DNA of 64,000 nt, taken from assembly GCA_026770705.1 (NCBI GenBank), contig JANJGN010000002.1, forward strand, positions 22,754,001 through 22,818,000. Direction: 5' to 3'. Source of the stretch: Isurus oxyrinchus. Lineage: Eukaryota. Shown here in pieces: positions 25,866 through 38,129 of the stretch. The translations under genes were made by a program, and so were the position numbers. Below the pieces are notes generated by a model. It was not told the DNA's origin. It saw only the letters and a program-made list of their open reading frames with translations, and did no database searches. The stretch's first letter is position 1; every line of letters starts with the position of its first letter.

Positions 25866-27517
25866 TAGCCCTGAAAGGCAAAAAGACTGCAGTCCCCAGG
25901 TTCAATGCTGCGTCCCTCGAGCACCTTTTGAATGCAGTGGAGGCTCGCCGTGGTCCTCTACCCTGCTCTGGCAGGATGGGCAGCAACCTCACTAAGCCGG
26001 CTTGGAAGGCAGTGGCTGCTGTAGTCAGTGCCAACACCCTTCAAAAGAGGACAGTTAACCAGTGCTACAAGAGGGTGAATGATCTCCATTCCACCAGGGT
26101 AAGTCAATCTTCTCATCACTCTCAACTCACACACTCACAAAGCCATCATATATCCACAGGGCCCTCAAAGGATATCACCACCACTCTCTCACACACACCT
26201 TCTTTGTCCTCATCCAGTCCATGGGACCATTCACCAGCCACACATGCCAGGCATACTTATCATCATCTTGCTTACACTCTCTCCATCTCTATTCATGCAG
26301 GACAAGAGGGAGAGGTCACAGACCAGTGGAGGAACGCCTGAAATCAAGGTTCTCTCGGACATTGAAAACAGAGCGATCCAGTAGGCTGGCCATAATCTGG
26401 ACCTTTCTTGTGCTGACGGTGAGGTCAGCGGTGCTCTAGCAAGTGAGGATTGAGCAGTGCTACATCCATTAGACAACCATGCTGTGAGTAATGTGTCCTG
26501 CTTCACGGGCCACTGCCATGCACTAATTATCTCCCCTTGCTTCTGCAGGCACATCTGGGAAACAGCCGACGTAGTCCATGACCCAGGGCTTCCAATCAAG
26601 CCCTGAAGAAACCTCTGAGGAGGAATCTGGAGGCACCCTCTTTGAAATCCTGTCACAGCGCTCACTCACATCCTCCACCAGCACAGAGACATACACCTCG
26701 GTGGAACCTAGCTTTACAGTAGTCTTGGGATCACAATCTGGTGAGCACATCGCACTGTCTGATCCGCAGCAGGTGGCGGCAGGGACTTCCCAGATGTCCA
26801 GTGCTCGGAGGACTGCTGGAAAGTAGATATTTGCTGAGTCTCAGTCAGATGACGAGCCTCTGGACTCGATCTTGTCACAGTTGCTGGAGCTGCAAAGGCA
26901 AGCTCGGGAACAAAAGGAAGGGATGTCTGCTGCACTCCTCAGATTGCAAGGCATGATGCAGGAGTCCGTCCGGCTTCAGGCTGACGTGACAGCACTGACT
27001 TGCCAATATACCGAGGTTAACACTGGTAGGATGTCGGCTGCCAGAGACCTTGGTCCAGGACATTGCTCCTGCACTGCTGTGCAGGCTGGACTCCATCACT
27101 GACGCCTTAGCTGGCCTCCAACAGTGTGAGATGCAGCTCGATCTCACTCCAGCCACCTCTTCTCCTCAATGAGTCAGCCAGGGGCTCTTGGGCACCGATA
27201 GGGAGCAGGACCGGCAGGTGTACCCCCGCACCCCTCCCGGGGCCATCCATCCAGGTGACTTGAGTGTCCGGCCCACTCGAATCCCTTCTTCTTGTGACCT
27301 CAGCAGCTCCAGCTCCACAGGCCAAGGAGAGTGTCAATGCCACACAGCAGGACCCAAAAGCAGGCTGGGGACCTCCAAGTCTTGGCCCTCCAGAGGACCT
27401 CCGCCATGGTTATCACAGAAAGGGAGTAGCAGTCAGCAGACTGCCTCCATCTCCGCTGCACTTAGCCGGGGAGCACCAAGATGTGGTGGCAGGTTTAGGA
27501 AAGTTAAGAAGATGTAA
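25866..27517 (+). pseudogene. Harbinger Myb/SANT-like DNA-binding protein gene, spliced and disrupted
   Basis: Exon 1 (apparent start decayed to ATA) ends at agg|gtaagt ~26098; second exon after attcatgcag (DKRERSQTSGGTPEIKVL) with an in-frame stop; acidic/coiled third exon; terminal TAA at 27515-27517. Confidence 0.7.
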
Positions 27518-28345
27518 CTCTTTTTGTTACACAACAAATAAACTAAATGAACAAATCAAGGGACAAAGTAAATGGCAGCCCCTTAAAGGGAAACTGCAAA
27601 AACAAAATGCATACGAAACTTACCCTCGTTAAATCAAAATGTGATTAAAGGGGCCAATAAAACACCCCAGTTCCCGTGGTGCTCCCCAAGCATGAAAGGC
27701 CTCGATGGTGCCAGCAGGCACCGCGTACTCCCTCTCCGGGGCCCACTGGCTGCGAACATAGCTGCAGAAGAGAGGCAGACTGTAGTGTCGGACGACCCTC
27801 TTGATTGCCCGCTGCCTGGACCTGTTAATGGCCAACTTGGCCAGGCCCAGCAGCAGGTTCATGAGAAGGTCCTCCTCCCTCCCAGCCCCCCTCCGCACCA
27901 GGTGTCCGTAGATCAGGAATGTGGGGCTGAAGTGCAAACAAAATAGTAAAAGGTCTTTTAAATAACTGAAAAGGGAGTGCAGCCTACAACACCCTGTAAT
28001 GACACAGTCCATGGTCTCCACAAGGCTGCAAAAGATGCAGGCATCTTGGAAGTCTGTGAACGGACACAACCTATAGTTGCATGGGACTGCTGCGTGCAAC
28101 ACCCTCCACCCCAGGCCCCTGATGGAAAATGGGAGGACACCCCTGTAGAGGGCCCCCCCACTGGGGACCACTGCCGCCGGACAGAAACAAGGCACGCCAG
28201 GGCATATCTGGGCGGTGGGTGAGGGCAAGGAAGCGAAGGGTGTGCAGCAGCAGCCCATGCAGGAAACCCCTCCGCGCCGTGTTAAAGGGCACGGAGGGCA
28301 TTTTCGCAAGGCGACTCAGGTTGTGGGGCTCCAGCTACCGCTTTG
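27518..28345 (-). mobile_element. Tx1-clade (L1-like) LINE 3' fragment nested in the Harbinger
   Basis: ORF 27629..28309 has LGWRVLHAAV...ACIFCSLVETMDC...C (decayed zf-RVT-like knuckle) and LAKLAINRSR; A-rich 3' end. Confidence 0.78.
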
Positions 28346-29488
28346 CTCATTGGACCACATGCTATGCTCTCAACTCAGGCGCAGGCATTCTCCTAACTTG
28401 CGCTGCAAGGGTGCATAGTTAGCTTAAGCCATGGGGGAGACTGGTCCAAACCGGGGTGATTACATTGCAAGGGGCTGTGAGCACCTCCACCAGTGACTGC
28501 TCCGTGGCCAGCTTTAGCAAGATGATTGTACAACATGTCCAGTCATTCCACTGTTCTGCAGTCCACTAAAATGCTCATTAGTTTGCAGTCTGTGCCCAAG
28601 GGGTGAAAAGCTCTGGAACACTTTGTGGCACTTTGATGCCTCTGTGTTGTTTGAGTGGGCAGCTAAGCTAGAGGCCCAACTCTTAATCATATCAATATGG
28701 CTGCACTTGAACTGTCTCAGCTGCAAAGGAATGGTCACTTTATACAAGGTTTCCCTAATGCATGGGCGCTTTCCCCACCCACCTCCCCAGCGCAACCCTG
28801 CATGTGCTTGTTCACTACCTTCAACTGCAGGGCAGCCCTTGCCCCACCCCCTTGTCACCTCCACTGCAAGGCAGCCCTTGGCCCCCGCCAAGTCACCTCA
28901 ACCATATGTCAGTCCTTGCCCCCTAGTCCTTGCACCCACTTCTCCAACGCACCTCAACCTTGAAGTCCAACAGGTGACCCGGACAACAACAACAATCCGC
29001 AACATTACTATGCACTCACCTCCAAGTTCCCCTCAAAGTGCATCCTGCCAAGTGCACACCTTTTGTATGCTGTTGTGAAATACATCAGCGTGATATGGCG
29101 AATGATCCAGCAGGCAGGAGGTGGGAATGATTCCAGCAGGCTGGGCTTCCAATGATATGCAGATGTATTACAATGAACCACCATCGGCGGGGACAGCGGA
29201 CGATCTCAAACTGTGAAAACTATTTTTGGCCTTCTTGCCATATTGTCCACTCTCAGCATTGAACACGCCTGACACCAGCAGGCATGGATGCTTCCGCCCA
29301 TTACATAGAAGTTGCTGTTGTTGTTACAAAGTATACATCCGCAAAATACACAGCACAGATTGGTGATTTGTGGAAGATACACCATTTCCATGGCAGCCAG
29401 TACCATTCAATGGCTTATTTTCTGCAATGAGCAATTTCAACATATGCCATTTCAATAAATAAATAATATTCTTTTTCAAAGTCCTTAC

Positions 29489-29629
29489 CTGTGCATATTG
29501 CAACAATTTCTCTGTAGCTAAAGGATCTTTGTTCCAGATCAAACTCTCACATAGCTCCAGAAGTTCTCTGTCAATGTCATCATAAACAGGCAACTTTCCT
29601 GCATTCACAATTCCCATATCCATCCCTGC
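29489..29629 (-). CDS. MTR: MTR exon 18 (141 nt; [11 protein letters not shown]...[10 protein letters not shown])
   Basis: tag/gtaag boundaries; inside ORF 29324..29623. Confidence 0.96.
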
Positions 29630-29905
29630 CTAAGGAGAGATTTATAACAAATGTTGCAACAGATGTGAAGTGAGAAATTGCTGTAAATGGAATACAAGTC
29701 AACAAAAGTAGGCTGACCTGCAACAGGCACTGGTCTATATCTTACACTAATTGCTATTATATTAACGGTCCTTGAAGGTCTGATTATAAAAGGTCAAACT
29801 CCAACCACATATTGTATTTAGAATTAGTCATTGTTGATTTACTATCCAAACTGAAGGAATTAATGTACTTGAAAGGGTATCATCTGAAAATACTTTTCTT
29901 TTTAC

Positions 29906-30022
29906 CTTTATAGCATGGTAAAGGAACACGCTATGCATGGCTTCACGGATTGCCTCCATTCCTCGAAATGAGAAGGACAAATTAGAAAGACCGCCACTTA
30001 TTCTAGCGCCAGGTAACTTTCT
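29906..30022 (-). CDS. MTR: MTR exon 17 (117 nt; [39 protein letters not shown])
   Basis: cag/gtaa boundaries, [12 protein letters not shown] motif. Confidence 0.96.
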
Positions 30023-30999
30023 CTGTAATGAGAAAAGGACAAAAGATCAATGTAAGAAACAACAACCACCAATAGAGGTGTGAAGAGAAGTGATAATGAA
30101 TTATAATGAAAGGATGAAACACTGTGGACATATGATTTGTGAGTTATGGGAAATGTCATTACTGCCTGGTGAAATTTAAAAGTGTAGATTGAGGATGGCA
30201 AGACGATATGATGGAATGGATAGTATAACATCATGGATAAACACAATCTGCTTATTCAGAAATTGAAAAGTATGGCATGCACAGTTCACCAGTCTCCATA
30301 AGGGATGGTAAAGGGAAAGAGAAAACAATGGAACTAAAACTAAAATGATTATTTGGTACATCTCACATGCTAAACGCGGGCACAAAGTTCATGAGCAAAG
30401 CGAATGTTGCCACAAACATTGAAACAGTTAATTCTTGGCACCAATATCGGATTGACCCACTTGATTTCAACAAAGAGAACGAAAGGTGAAGTTTTCCTCC
30501 AATGACTTGGTAATGAAGTTGACCCCTCAAACATATCAGCGTTCAAACTTAATTTGCACTGATGGAACACTATCAAATATTATTCTTGTCAGTGAGATAT
30601 TAAAGTACTATCATTGCCAATAAAAGAGCATTGTTCAGTATGAACAGTACAAAATACAAACAGTGACTAATTTGTAGTTTTGACAAAGTAGCAAGTTGTT
30701 TGTAATTTAGGAAATCTAAGTAGAAAAATTAGTGTTTAGATTTTGTCAGTTACTGTAATCACCGGTACTTCATCAGAATTCAGCTCTTGGATCTCTGACA
30801 ATACCCCTGTATAATGAACGTATAGGGTAGGTACAGCCCAGCTAACTGATTTTCTCTTCCTGCCTTTGGGAATGGGCTTGGTCTCCACTCAAATTTCCCA
30901 CAGCAAAACCAACAACTCAACGAGGAGAAAATAACTGACAGAAATCCTTCACTCGTCAATCCATGGTCCAGGAAATGGGAGCTATTATATACTTTTAAA

Positions 31000-31335
31000 A
31001 ACTTCGTTCTTGGGATGAGTTTTGCTGACATTTATTACATTCCCTAATTGCCCTTGAGCTCCCTAGAGGTGGGCTTGCTAGGCATTTGAGAGGGCAGTTA
31101 AGAATCAACCACTAGGCTAGACCAGGCAAGAACGGCAGTTTTCCTCTCCCCAAGAACACATGTGAACCATACAACAATCCAGTAGTTTCATTACCACAAT
31201 TCATGAAACTAGCATTTTATTCCGGATTTATTAACTAATTAAATTTAAATTACCCCAGCTGCAGTGGTGGGATTTGAATTCATGTCTCCAGATCATTAGT
31301 TCAGGCCTCAGGATTTCTAGTCTAGTAGTATTACC
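31000..31335 (-). mobile_element. tRNA-derived SINE, same family as 5296-5652
   Basis: Shared ccctaattgcccttg...gtggtgggatttgaa...ccagatcattagt. Confidence 0.7.
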
Positions 31336-32303
31336 ATGATGCTACTGGCACTAAAAAAATGATCTTTTATTCCTGCAAAGCCACTGATAAACTATGTCAC
31401 AAGAACTTAATTTAGGTAATTTCAAGCACTTTTACTTTTCCATGAATAAAAGTCCAGTATTTAAAACCTACATTATACTAACCCCTATGTATCATCTGCC
31501 ACTTATTTTATCTCTCAATTTCCTTTCTTCGGGCATGGAAATTTGTATTGGGAATAAGGAGGCCATGTGTGCAAGGTGATGAGAACAGTACAATGCTCTG
31601 TTGCAATCTCAGCACATTAGTTGGTTAGCTTTTCATGTTATTACTTCTGCCAGTGCTCCATGTCAGATGAGTTAAACTGGTGTAGTGTATCTAGTGGGCT
31701 GGATGGAGCCAATGAATACAATAGTAGATAATAAAAGCCTCACCAAAATGCTGTTGCTGAAACAAGACAGAGATAATGAGGAAGGGCATGTAAGCGTGCT
31801 GGAAGCCTAGGACAGACAGGAATCCTGTGAGAAGAGGATAGTTGTGGCAGGAAAACCTTTAGAAGGACAACAGATGTAAAGAAAATATTTTTAGGGATTT
31901 TCAGGGCCATTCAAATTCAAGTTTTTGTTTTTTTCCCATTGACACTTAAAGCTTTCATGAGCCCTTGTGGTAGTCATCATCAATTATTTTTTGACCATAA
32001 CAAAGAAGGTCCAAGGCAACATGTGATACTTTTTGGCAAAGTGACTTGGACATGCAGGTCCATGTTTTCTGGTGGTGGCCCTTTCACTTTAAGGGTTTGC
32101 TGCTGTTGATGTTATCAACTTCCAAGTGATCTAAAGACAAGCAGCAATTTTATGACTTTGATACCCAATTAAACCTTTCTCATCATTAAAGTAATGGTCA
32201 TATCTCTTTTTCATGGTAGCAAACATGTAATCATTGTCGGGGGAATTAATCCAGAAAAATTTTCTCCCATTGGGATTCTGTCTTCAAATGATAAATATGA
32301 ACA

Positions 32304-32342
32304 AGTTCTGTCGAAGGGTCATGAGGACTCGAAACGTCAACT
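32304..32342 (+). ncRNA. Minimal type I hammerhead ribozyme-like motif (variant core)
   Basis: AGUU-CUGUCGA-A-GGGUC(AUGAG)GACUC-GAAAC-GUC-AACU. Confidence 0.55.
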
Positions 32343-32403
32343 CTTTTCTCCTCCGCCGATGCTGCCAGACCTACTGAGTTTTTCCAGGTAATTCTGTTTT
32401 TGT
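32305..32403 (+). mobile_element. ~100-bp Penelope-like terminal unit with hammerhead-like motif
   Basis: 11-bp direct repeat aatatgaacaa at 32294-32304 and 32404-32414; homologous to 53848-53945. Confidence 0.75.
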
Positions 32404-33248
32404 AATATGAACAATAGTTTGCTATTTCGAACTAGCACATATATTTCAGAAAGGTCCTCTGTGTGTGCCTCTGTTTACAGCTTAAGCAAGATGACATGAA
32501 ACAGGAACAGGGCTAGCAGCTAACAGGGGTCAGTTTGAATTTGTCATTAATAAGCAGTACTTCTGGAGAGAATGTGTAAATACACTCAAAATACACAAAA
32601 ATTCTCACACAAAAGGCAGAAAATAAACTGCTTTTGGAAAACAGTTAACAGAAACACATTTACATTGACTAACTTTGATCCAGATAACATTTCATATAAA
32701 AAGTTTTAAAGGACAATTTTAAGTGTCAGGCAGCCAACTGTTGGAGTGCAATGGCCAACTGCCCAATCCAAATAGTGGGAAACTTCATTTATATGTTGCT
32801 GTTAATCTGCATATGTGCATTCTGTTGCAGCTTCCCAGGTTCTGGGCCAACGAAATGCTGAATGGTCTGTGGGGCAGCCTGGAGGTGATCCAGCTGATCA
32901 GAAGGTGGGTCCAGAAGGAGATTGATCGCTGACATCCTGGGAAGCCTAGGTTATTCTTGTGAAACCCACTCTTATATCCTTGGTCCCCACAAAAATGTTT
33001 CCTTTCATGGCCTACACCTCTTCGCTGCCATGTTTACTAAGTAAAATGTTCACTCTCCACCCAGAAGGCCCTCAGAATTTCATCAGCATCCTAGGTCTAT
33101 CACAGGGCCTTAATTTATATATGAGCCAAACAGATGAAGGCTCCAATTAAAATTGTTAGTGCAGCAGGAATGGTTGTCCACTTGGATAATAGCTCTGCTG
33201 TTCCCTAGTTTCCACTGGGTGAAGGGATGTTAATATCATCCTATAATT

Positions 33249-34530
33249 TGTTATGATCCCAGCTGAGGTTACCCCTGGACAAGTCTGATCCCAGAGGGGA
33301 ACCCAGTTTGATAGATCCTAACTTTAATCTGTTTGTTTAGATATGTGGAGAGTAGTTACTGAAGAAAGTCACAGGAGTCAGCTGATGAACTTTTAACGAA
33401 AGAATAAAGCAATTATTAAACAAGAAAAGATTAACTATATTACAATACTCCTTCACCTACAACTATACCTTTACAGATATATACAGATTTGTAAGGGTAA
33501 CACAAGTTATAAAAGCTATCTTCTGCTCTAATGTCCACAGTCCCTGTGCCAATAGGCACCCTGTGGTCAGACACATCACACTCTTAAACCAAGAGACAGA
33601 TGTTATCTCAACCAGATGCTATGGATCTCTCCTCAACTTCCCCCAGACACTTGTCACACTGTGAGCCAACCAGTCTCACTGCACTCTGTCTTTACATGAA
33701 GGTTTCCAATCTCCACTCTCCAAGACCTCACCCTGGAATCTTCTCTCAAACCGACTCTCTCAGGTGCCTCCTGCAAGGATTCACCTCTAGGGTTTTAAAC
33801 TCTCCTTCTGATGTTCCTCTTCCCTGGGTCACCATATGCATTCAAACTGTCTTCCACACACTCTATTTCACCGCCTCAGCCGTCAGCAATACCACTGCTT
33901 CACATGTCCATAACAAAGTTACGGACCTTCAGCCGTGTCTTTGGATCTTCTTGCCTCTTGCAAGCTGTTCTCTCTTTAAATCTGCTTTCTGCAGCTTTTG
34001 TCTCTAAATCTGAAGATTGGAGCCTTTCTCTCTTCCCCCCCACTCTTACCTTCACTTAACAGGATCTTATCCAGGTTCCTGTCCTTCCTTTGACTAGAAG
34101 GTCTGCTTGAGACTTTCCCCGGTTCCACTGCCCTGGATTTTGGGGTATTTTCTTTAGCTTGGGACTTGCTATCTCTGTCCCTTTTAGTCTGCATCTCTGG
34201 CAGCTATTGTCAAAACCAGCTGAACTCCAACAGCTTCCAAAACCAAACTGCTGTTTTTCTTTTTGTGTGTGCATCTACGGGAGGGACTGCTTCTCTGGAC
34301 CCATGTTGCTAGGCACAGCCAGTTTTCTACTTGTTTAATTTCTCCTTAGGAGTCGTAAAAACCTCATTAGGAATGCAAGCACCTTTTTAAAGTGAAATTA
34401 AAACTCAATTTGACCTTTCTTAACACACAGGTACAGAATTACAAATCAAACTTAACATTAAAGCTAAAACTCATTCCTAACACCTACAAATACCAAAATA
34501 ACTTACTTAAACTTTCTCTATTTTCTAACA
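33249..34530. mobile_element. Probable solo LTR (~1.28 kb)
   Basis: Ends TGTTA...TAACA; non-coding, distinct from flanks; TSD not clean. Confidence 0.45.
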
Positions 34531-35103
34531 ATGTTCAGATTTTATAATCTGAAACAAGACAGATCTCAGCTCTTTCACAATCATTCTATAATCTAAAATA
34601 ATAATGAAGTTTTGTTTTCTTTATTTTTTAAACTCATTAGGTTTCCCTCCTAGATCTAGTAGACGTTGGTAAGTGCAGCTGAAAGCTCCAGTAATTTATA
34701 TTCCAATTTACTTCAAAACTTTGTTAGGATACATTGTCTAGAATAGGTACGATTGTCCAATTTAAGAACAGCTTCCCTCTAAATAATTACTTTCATTGTT
34801 ATTTGCATACTGACTTTTCCTGAAATTGGATTTCCATCCTTAGTTACAGTCATAGAGTTTTACAGCACGAAAAGAGGCCCTTCGGCTCATTGGGTCTGCA
34901 CTGGTCATCAAGTCCCTATCCACTCTAATCCCATTTTCCAGTATTTGGCCTGTCGCCTTGTATGTTATGGCATTTCAAGTGTTCATCTAAATGTAAAGAC
35001 AGACGTAAAATAACTCTTCAACAGCTCCATTTCATTATACACTGATTTCATCTCCTCACTGTAGTTTTTAAGTGACCATGCGACCTTTGATATCTGCACT
35101 TAC

Positions 35104-35283
35104 CTTTATAATTGAAATGGCCTTGATAAAGTTTTCAGCATACAGACCATGCTCCTCCATTCCAGTTCCAATTGTCAGTATATTTGGATCAAATATTATA
35201 TCATTAGGGTTAAATTTCACTTTATTCACAAGCAAGTCATAGGCTCTGGCACATATTTCCACTTTATCTTCAGTCTCAGTTGC
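35104..35283 (-). CDS. MTR: MTR exon 16 (180 nt; [15 protein letters not shown]...[15 protein letters not shown]...IIK)
   Basis: tag/gtaag boundaries, FDPN motif. Confidence 0.96.
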
Positions 35284-35992
35284 CTAACAAGGGAACACAA
35301 ATCTCAGTACTATGACTTCACTTTGCTTAATCTGTAAATAATATACCTCGATTAAGAGTAAAGTAATTTGTAATAATTCATTTACCGGGCTGCAATTTCG
35401 GAATGTGATTATACTGTAGCCTCCAAGTTTTGACTTTGGAAATTGCAACTCTTTTTATTCATAAAAACGTGGCAGTTTCATTGTCAAAATGTTAACCTGC
35501 ATTTCACATGTGACACACTTATTGTTCAAAATTACCAACAGCTGCCTCACTTACGCAGTCACCTCAGTACAATGTAAGGGGTCATTTTACATGAAGAAGC
35601 TAAAAAAAAAAGGCAAATAAAATCCCAAACAGCTATGCTTGGATTCCTGGCCATAATACTAAATGCTCTGTTACACATAGCTACATGTCCAATTGAGGAC
35701 TGGCATTCTGAAGTAAAAGATCCACGGCATGAAATTTTGTGAGACCCTGCACCGCAGCATCTTTGCATGCAGAAGATGACAGGAAATTGTGGGCTGTAAA
35801 CCTTCAATCTTCCAGGAAACTGATCACTGCAAGCAAACTCCCCCAGCCCTGCCTATCCCAACCCCTGGTGGCACAGTGTTTCCAATAATTTTAACCATGG
35901 TATCTAAAATTGAGCAACCAATCACTGTGACAGTTTAGTGGAGTAATGAGTTTTGCCACTAGATGTCATCGGCTTACTAAGTATAAATTTCA

Positions 35993-36473
35993 TGGTTGGA
36001 ATTTTACGGTCCCCTGCTGTGGGTTTGCAGGCGGGGACAGGAGGTGCTGTAAAATTCCCCACGTGGCCTTCCTGCTGTCCTCCCGCCTGTATTAAAGTTT
36101 ACAGGGGTGGGCAGGGCACCTTTACCCCATTTGAGGCCCTTAAGTGGAACAATTAATGGCCACTTACTGCCTGACCTCAACTTTGAGGCCTGAGATCAGG
36201 GACACAACGGCATCCCCACCACAAGAACCCCAAGCTCACCCCCATCTTGACTCTGAAACTTGGAATGCTTGTTGTTGCAGCGGTGGCCACCACCCCTGGT
36301 GGCGCTGCACTGGGTCTACAGATCTGCTGGGGGTGGAAATCTCACCTCCAGTCAATTAGCACTCTCCGGAGCATTAAATGGCTGAGGGGCAGCCAACATC
36401 GGAGGCGATGCATTCCTCACTGACTGTTCGGGTGGCGGGGTGGGAAACTCAGTCACCTCTAAAACTCTAACCC
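35993..36473. mobile_element. Degenerate Harbinger-type MITE
   Basis: Ends ggttggaatttta / taaaactctaaccc; GC-rich interior. Confidence 0.5.
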
Positions 36474-36807
36474 ATATGCTGACAACAAATGTTTCACTGA
36501 CTTCGGGAGGCAGGGCATAATTTCTGCACGGCCTATTTTTCTATTTGACCCCTTTGAATCTTGAACTCAGCACCTGATAATTGGAAATAGGATTATGAAC
36601 AGACTCCTTTCGAAACTATGAAGTAGGATTGATAAATTGATTGTACTTCAACTTCTTTTTCTTATACGGTAGAAAATACAAATAAAACTAAATGATAAAA
36701 ATTTCAATTCAATATAGTTTAATAATATTGTGTTACATATAAGGATTATTGGATAATGCAGCAAGGAAATTATAACCATCTGTTGCTGTTCAATGCAACT
36801 CTCTTAC

Positions 36808-36993
36808 CTGCCCTTTCTCATCAAATGCCATTATTACAACAGCAGCCCCAAAGCGTTTAATGATGCGTGCCTTTTCCAGAAAGTCTTCCTCACCTTCCTT
36901 CAAGCTGATGCTATTCACAACACACTTGCCCTGGCAACACTTCAACCCCGCTTCAATCACAGCGAAATTGGAAGAATCTATGCACAATGGAAC
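36808..36993 (-). CDS. MTR: MTR exon 15 (186 nt; [23 protein letters not shown]...AFDEKGQ)
   Basis: aag acceptor, gtaag donor; inside ORF 36790..37059. Confidence 0.96.
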
Positions 36994-37054
36994 CTTCAAG
37001 GAAAAAACACACAAGCACTTTCTCTTAACCCAAGATTTATGGTCATGGATTAGG

Positions 37055-37750
37055 ATCATAGAATGGTTACAGCACAGGAGGCCATTTGGCCCATTGAGTC
37101 TGTGTCAGCTTTCTGCAAGAGAAACTCACCTGCCTTTGCCCAGGTAGCCCTGCAAAATTTTTTGCTTCAGATAATTATCTAACCCCTTCTGAAAGCCACA
37201 ATTGAATCTCTCTCCATCACACTCTCAGGCAGTGCATTCCAGATCCTAACCACTCGCTTCATGAACACGTTTTTCTTCATTTTTTTTTTACTTCATTCAT
37301 GGTATGTGGGATATGCTGGCTGGGCCAGCATTTATTGCCCATCCCTAGTTGCGCTTGAGAAGGTGGTGGAGAGCTGCCTTCTTGAACTGCTGCAGTCCAT
37401 GTCACTTAACATTTATTAACACTATTCAAGTAGAGATTCTGGTCAACCACAGAATCACACAATGCAGAAGAAGCCCTTCAGCCCATCGAGTCTGCACCGA
37501 CACGTGAGAAACACCTGACCTACCTTCCTAATCCCATTTACCAACACTTGGCCCATAGCCTTGAATGTTATGACGTGCCAAGTGCTCATCCAGGTATTTT
37601 TTAAAGGGTGTGAGGCAACCCACCTCCACCATCCTCCCAGGCAGCGCATTCCAGACCGTCACCACTCTTTGGGTAAAAAAAGTTTTTCCTCACATCCCCC
37701 CTAAACCGCCCTTCACCTTGAACTTATGTTCCCTCGTGACTGACCCTTCT
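37055..37750 (-). mobile_element. Cluster of CR1/HER1 3'-end fragments
   Basis: Repeated ggcccattgag / gcccatcgagtctg tails and gcattccaga...accactc segments. Confidence 0.65.
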
Positions 37751-37817
37751 TTCATTATGTTCCTGCTCTGTTGAATTTCTAGAGTACACATTGCCTTTAG
37801 GCAATTACTGTGCTTAC

Positions 37818-37958
37818 CTTGGCAATATCTGGTTCTGTTGCCACAAGGTTACAAAATCTGGTCATAGCACTCTTGCCATCTAACATTCCATCATCCATGT
37901 TGACGTCCAAGATTTGGGCTCCCATTTTCACTTGAGATTTTGCTACATTCAAGGCTTC
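37818..37958 (-). CDS. MTR: MTR exon 14 (141 nt; [28 protein letters not shown]...EPDIAK)
   Basis: tag/gtaag boundaries, DVNMD motif. Confidence 0.96.
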
Positions 37959-38129
37959 CTACAATTAGGGTTAAATGACAGTTAAACAATTAATTAATTT
38001 TTAATATCTTATAGAAAATAACATGCCAAACTACATCAATCATATATGACTTGATGATGACTACGTTCTGTTAAAAGTGGCAAACTTCTTTTCAAAATAG
38101 CACACATTTTACTAATTTTTTAAAAATTC

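Larger units (their letters stand above)
25601..29299 (+). mobile_element. PIF/Harbinger DNA transposon (~3.7 kb), non-autonomous, with Myb/SANT-like gene remnant
   Basis: TIRs gggtggaa / ttccgccc; ATT TSD at 25598-25600 and 29300-29302; internal PRFNAASLEHLLNAVEARR...AWKAVAAVVSA...KRTVNQCYKRVNDL. Confidence 0.8.

Noticed and set aside
30100-30600. Sequence with a faintly coding look and several short ORFs near exon 17
   Set aside because: No recognisable motif or splice structure; possibly an ancient repeat, unsupported
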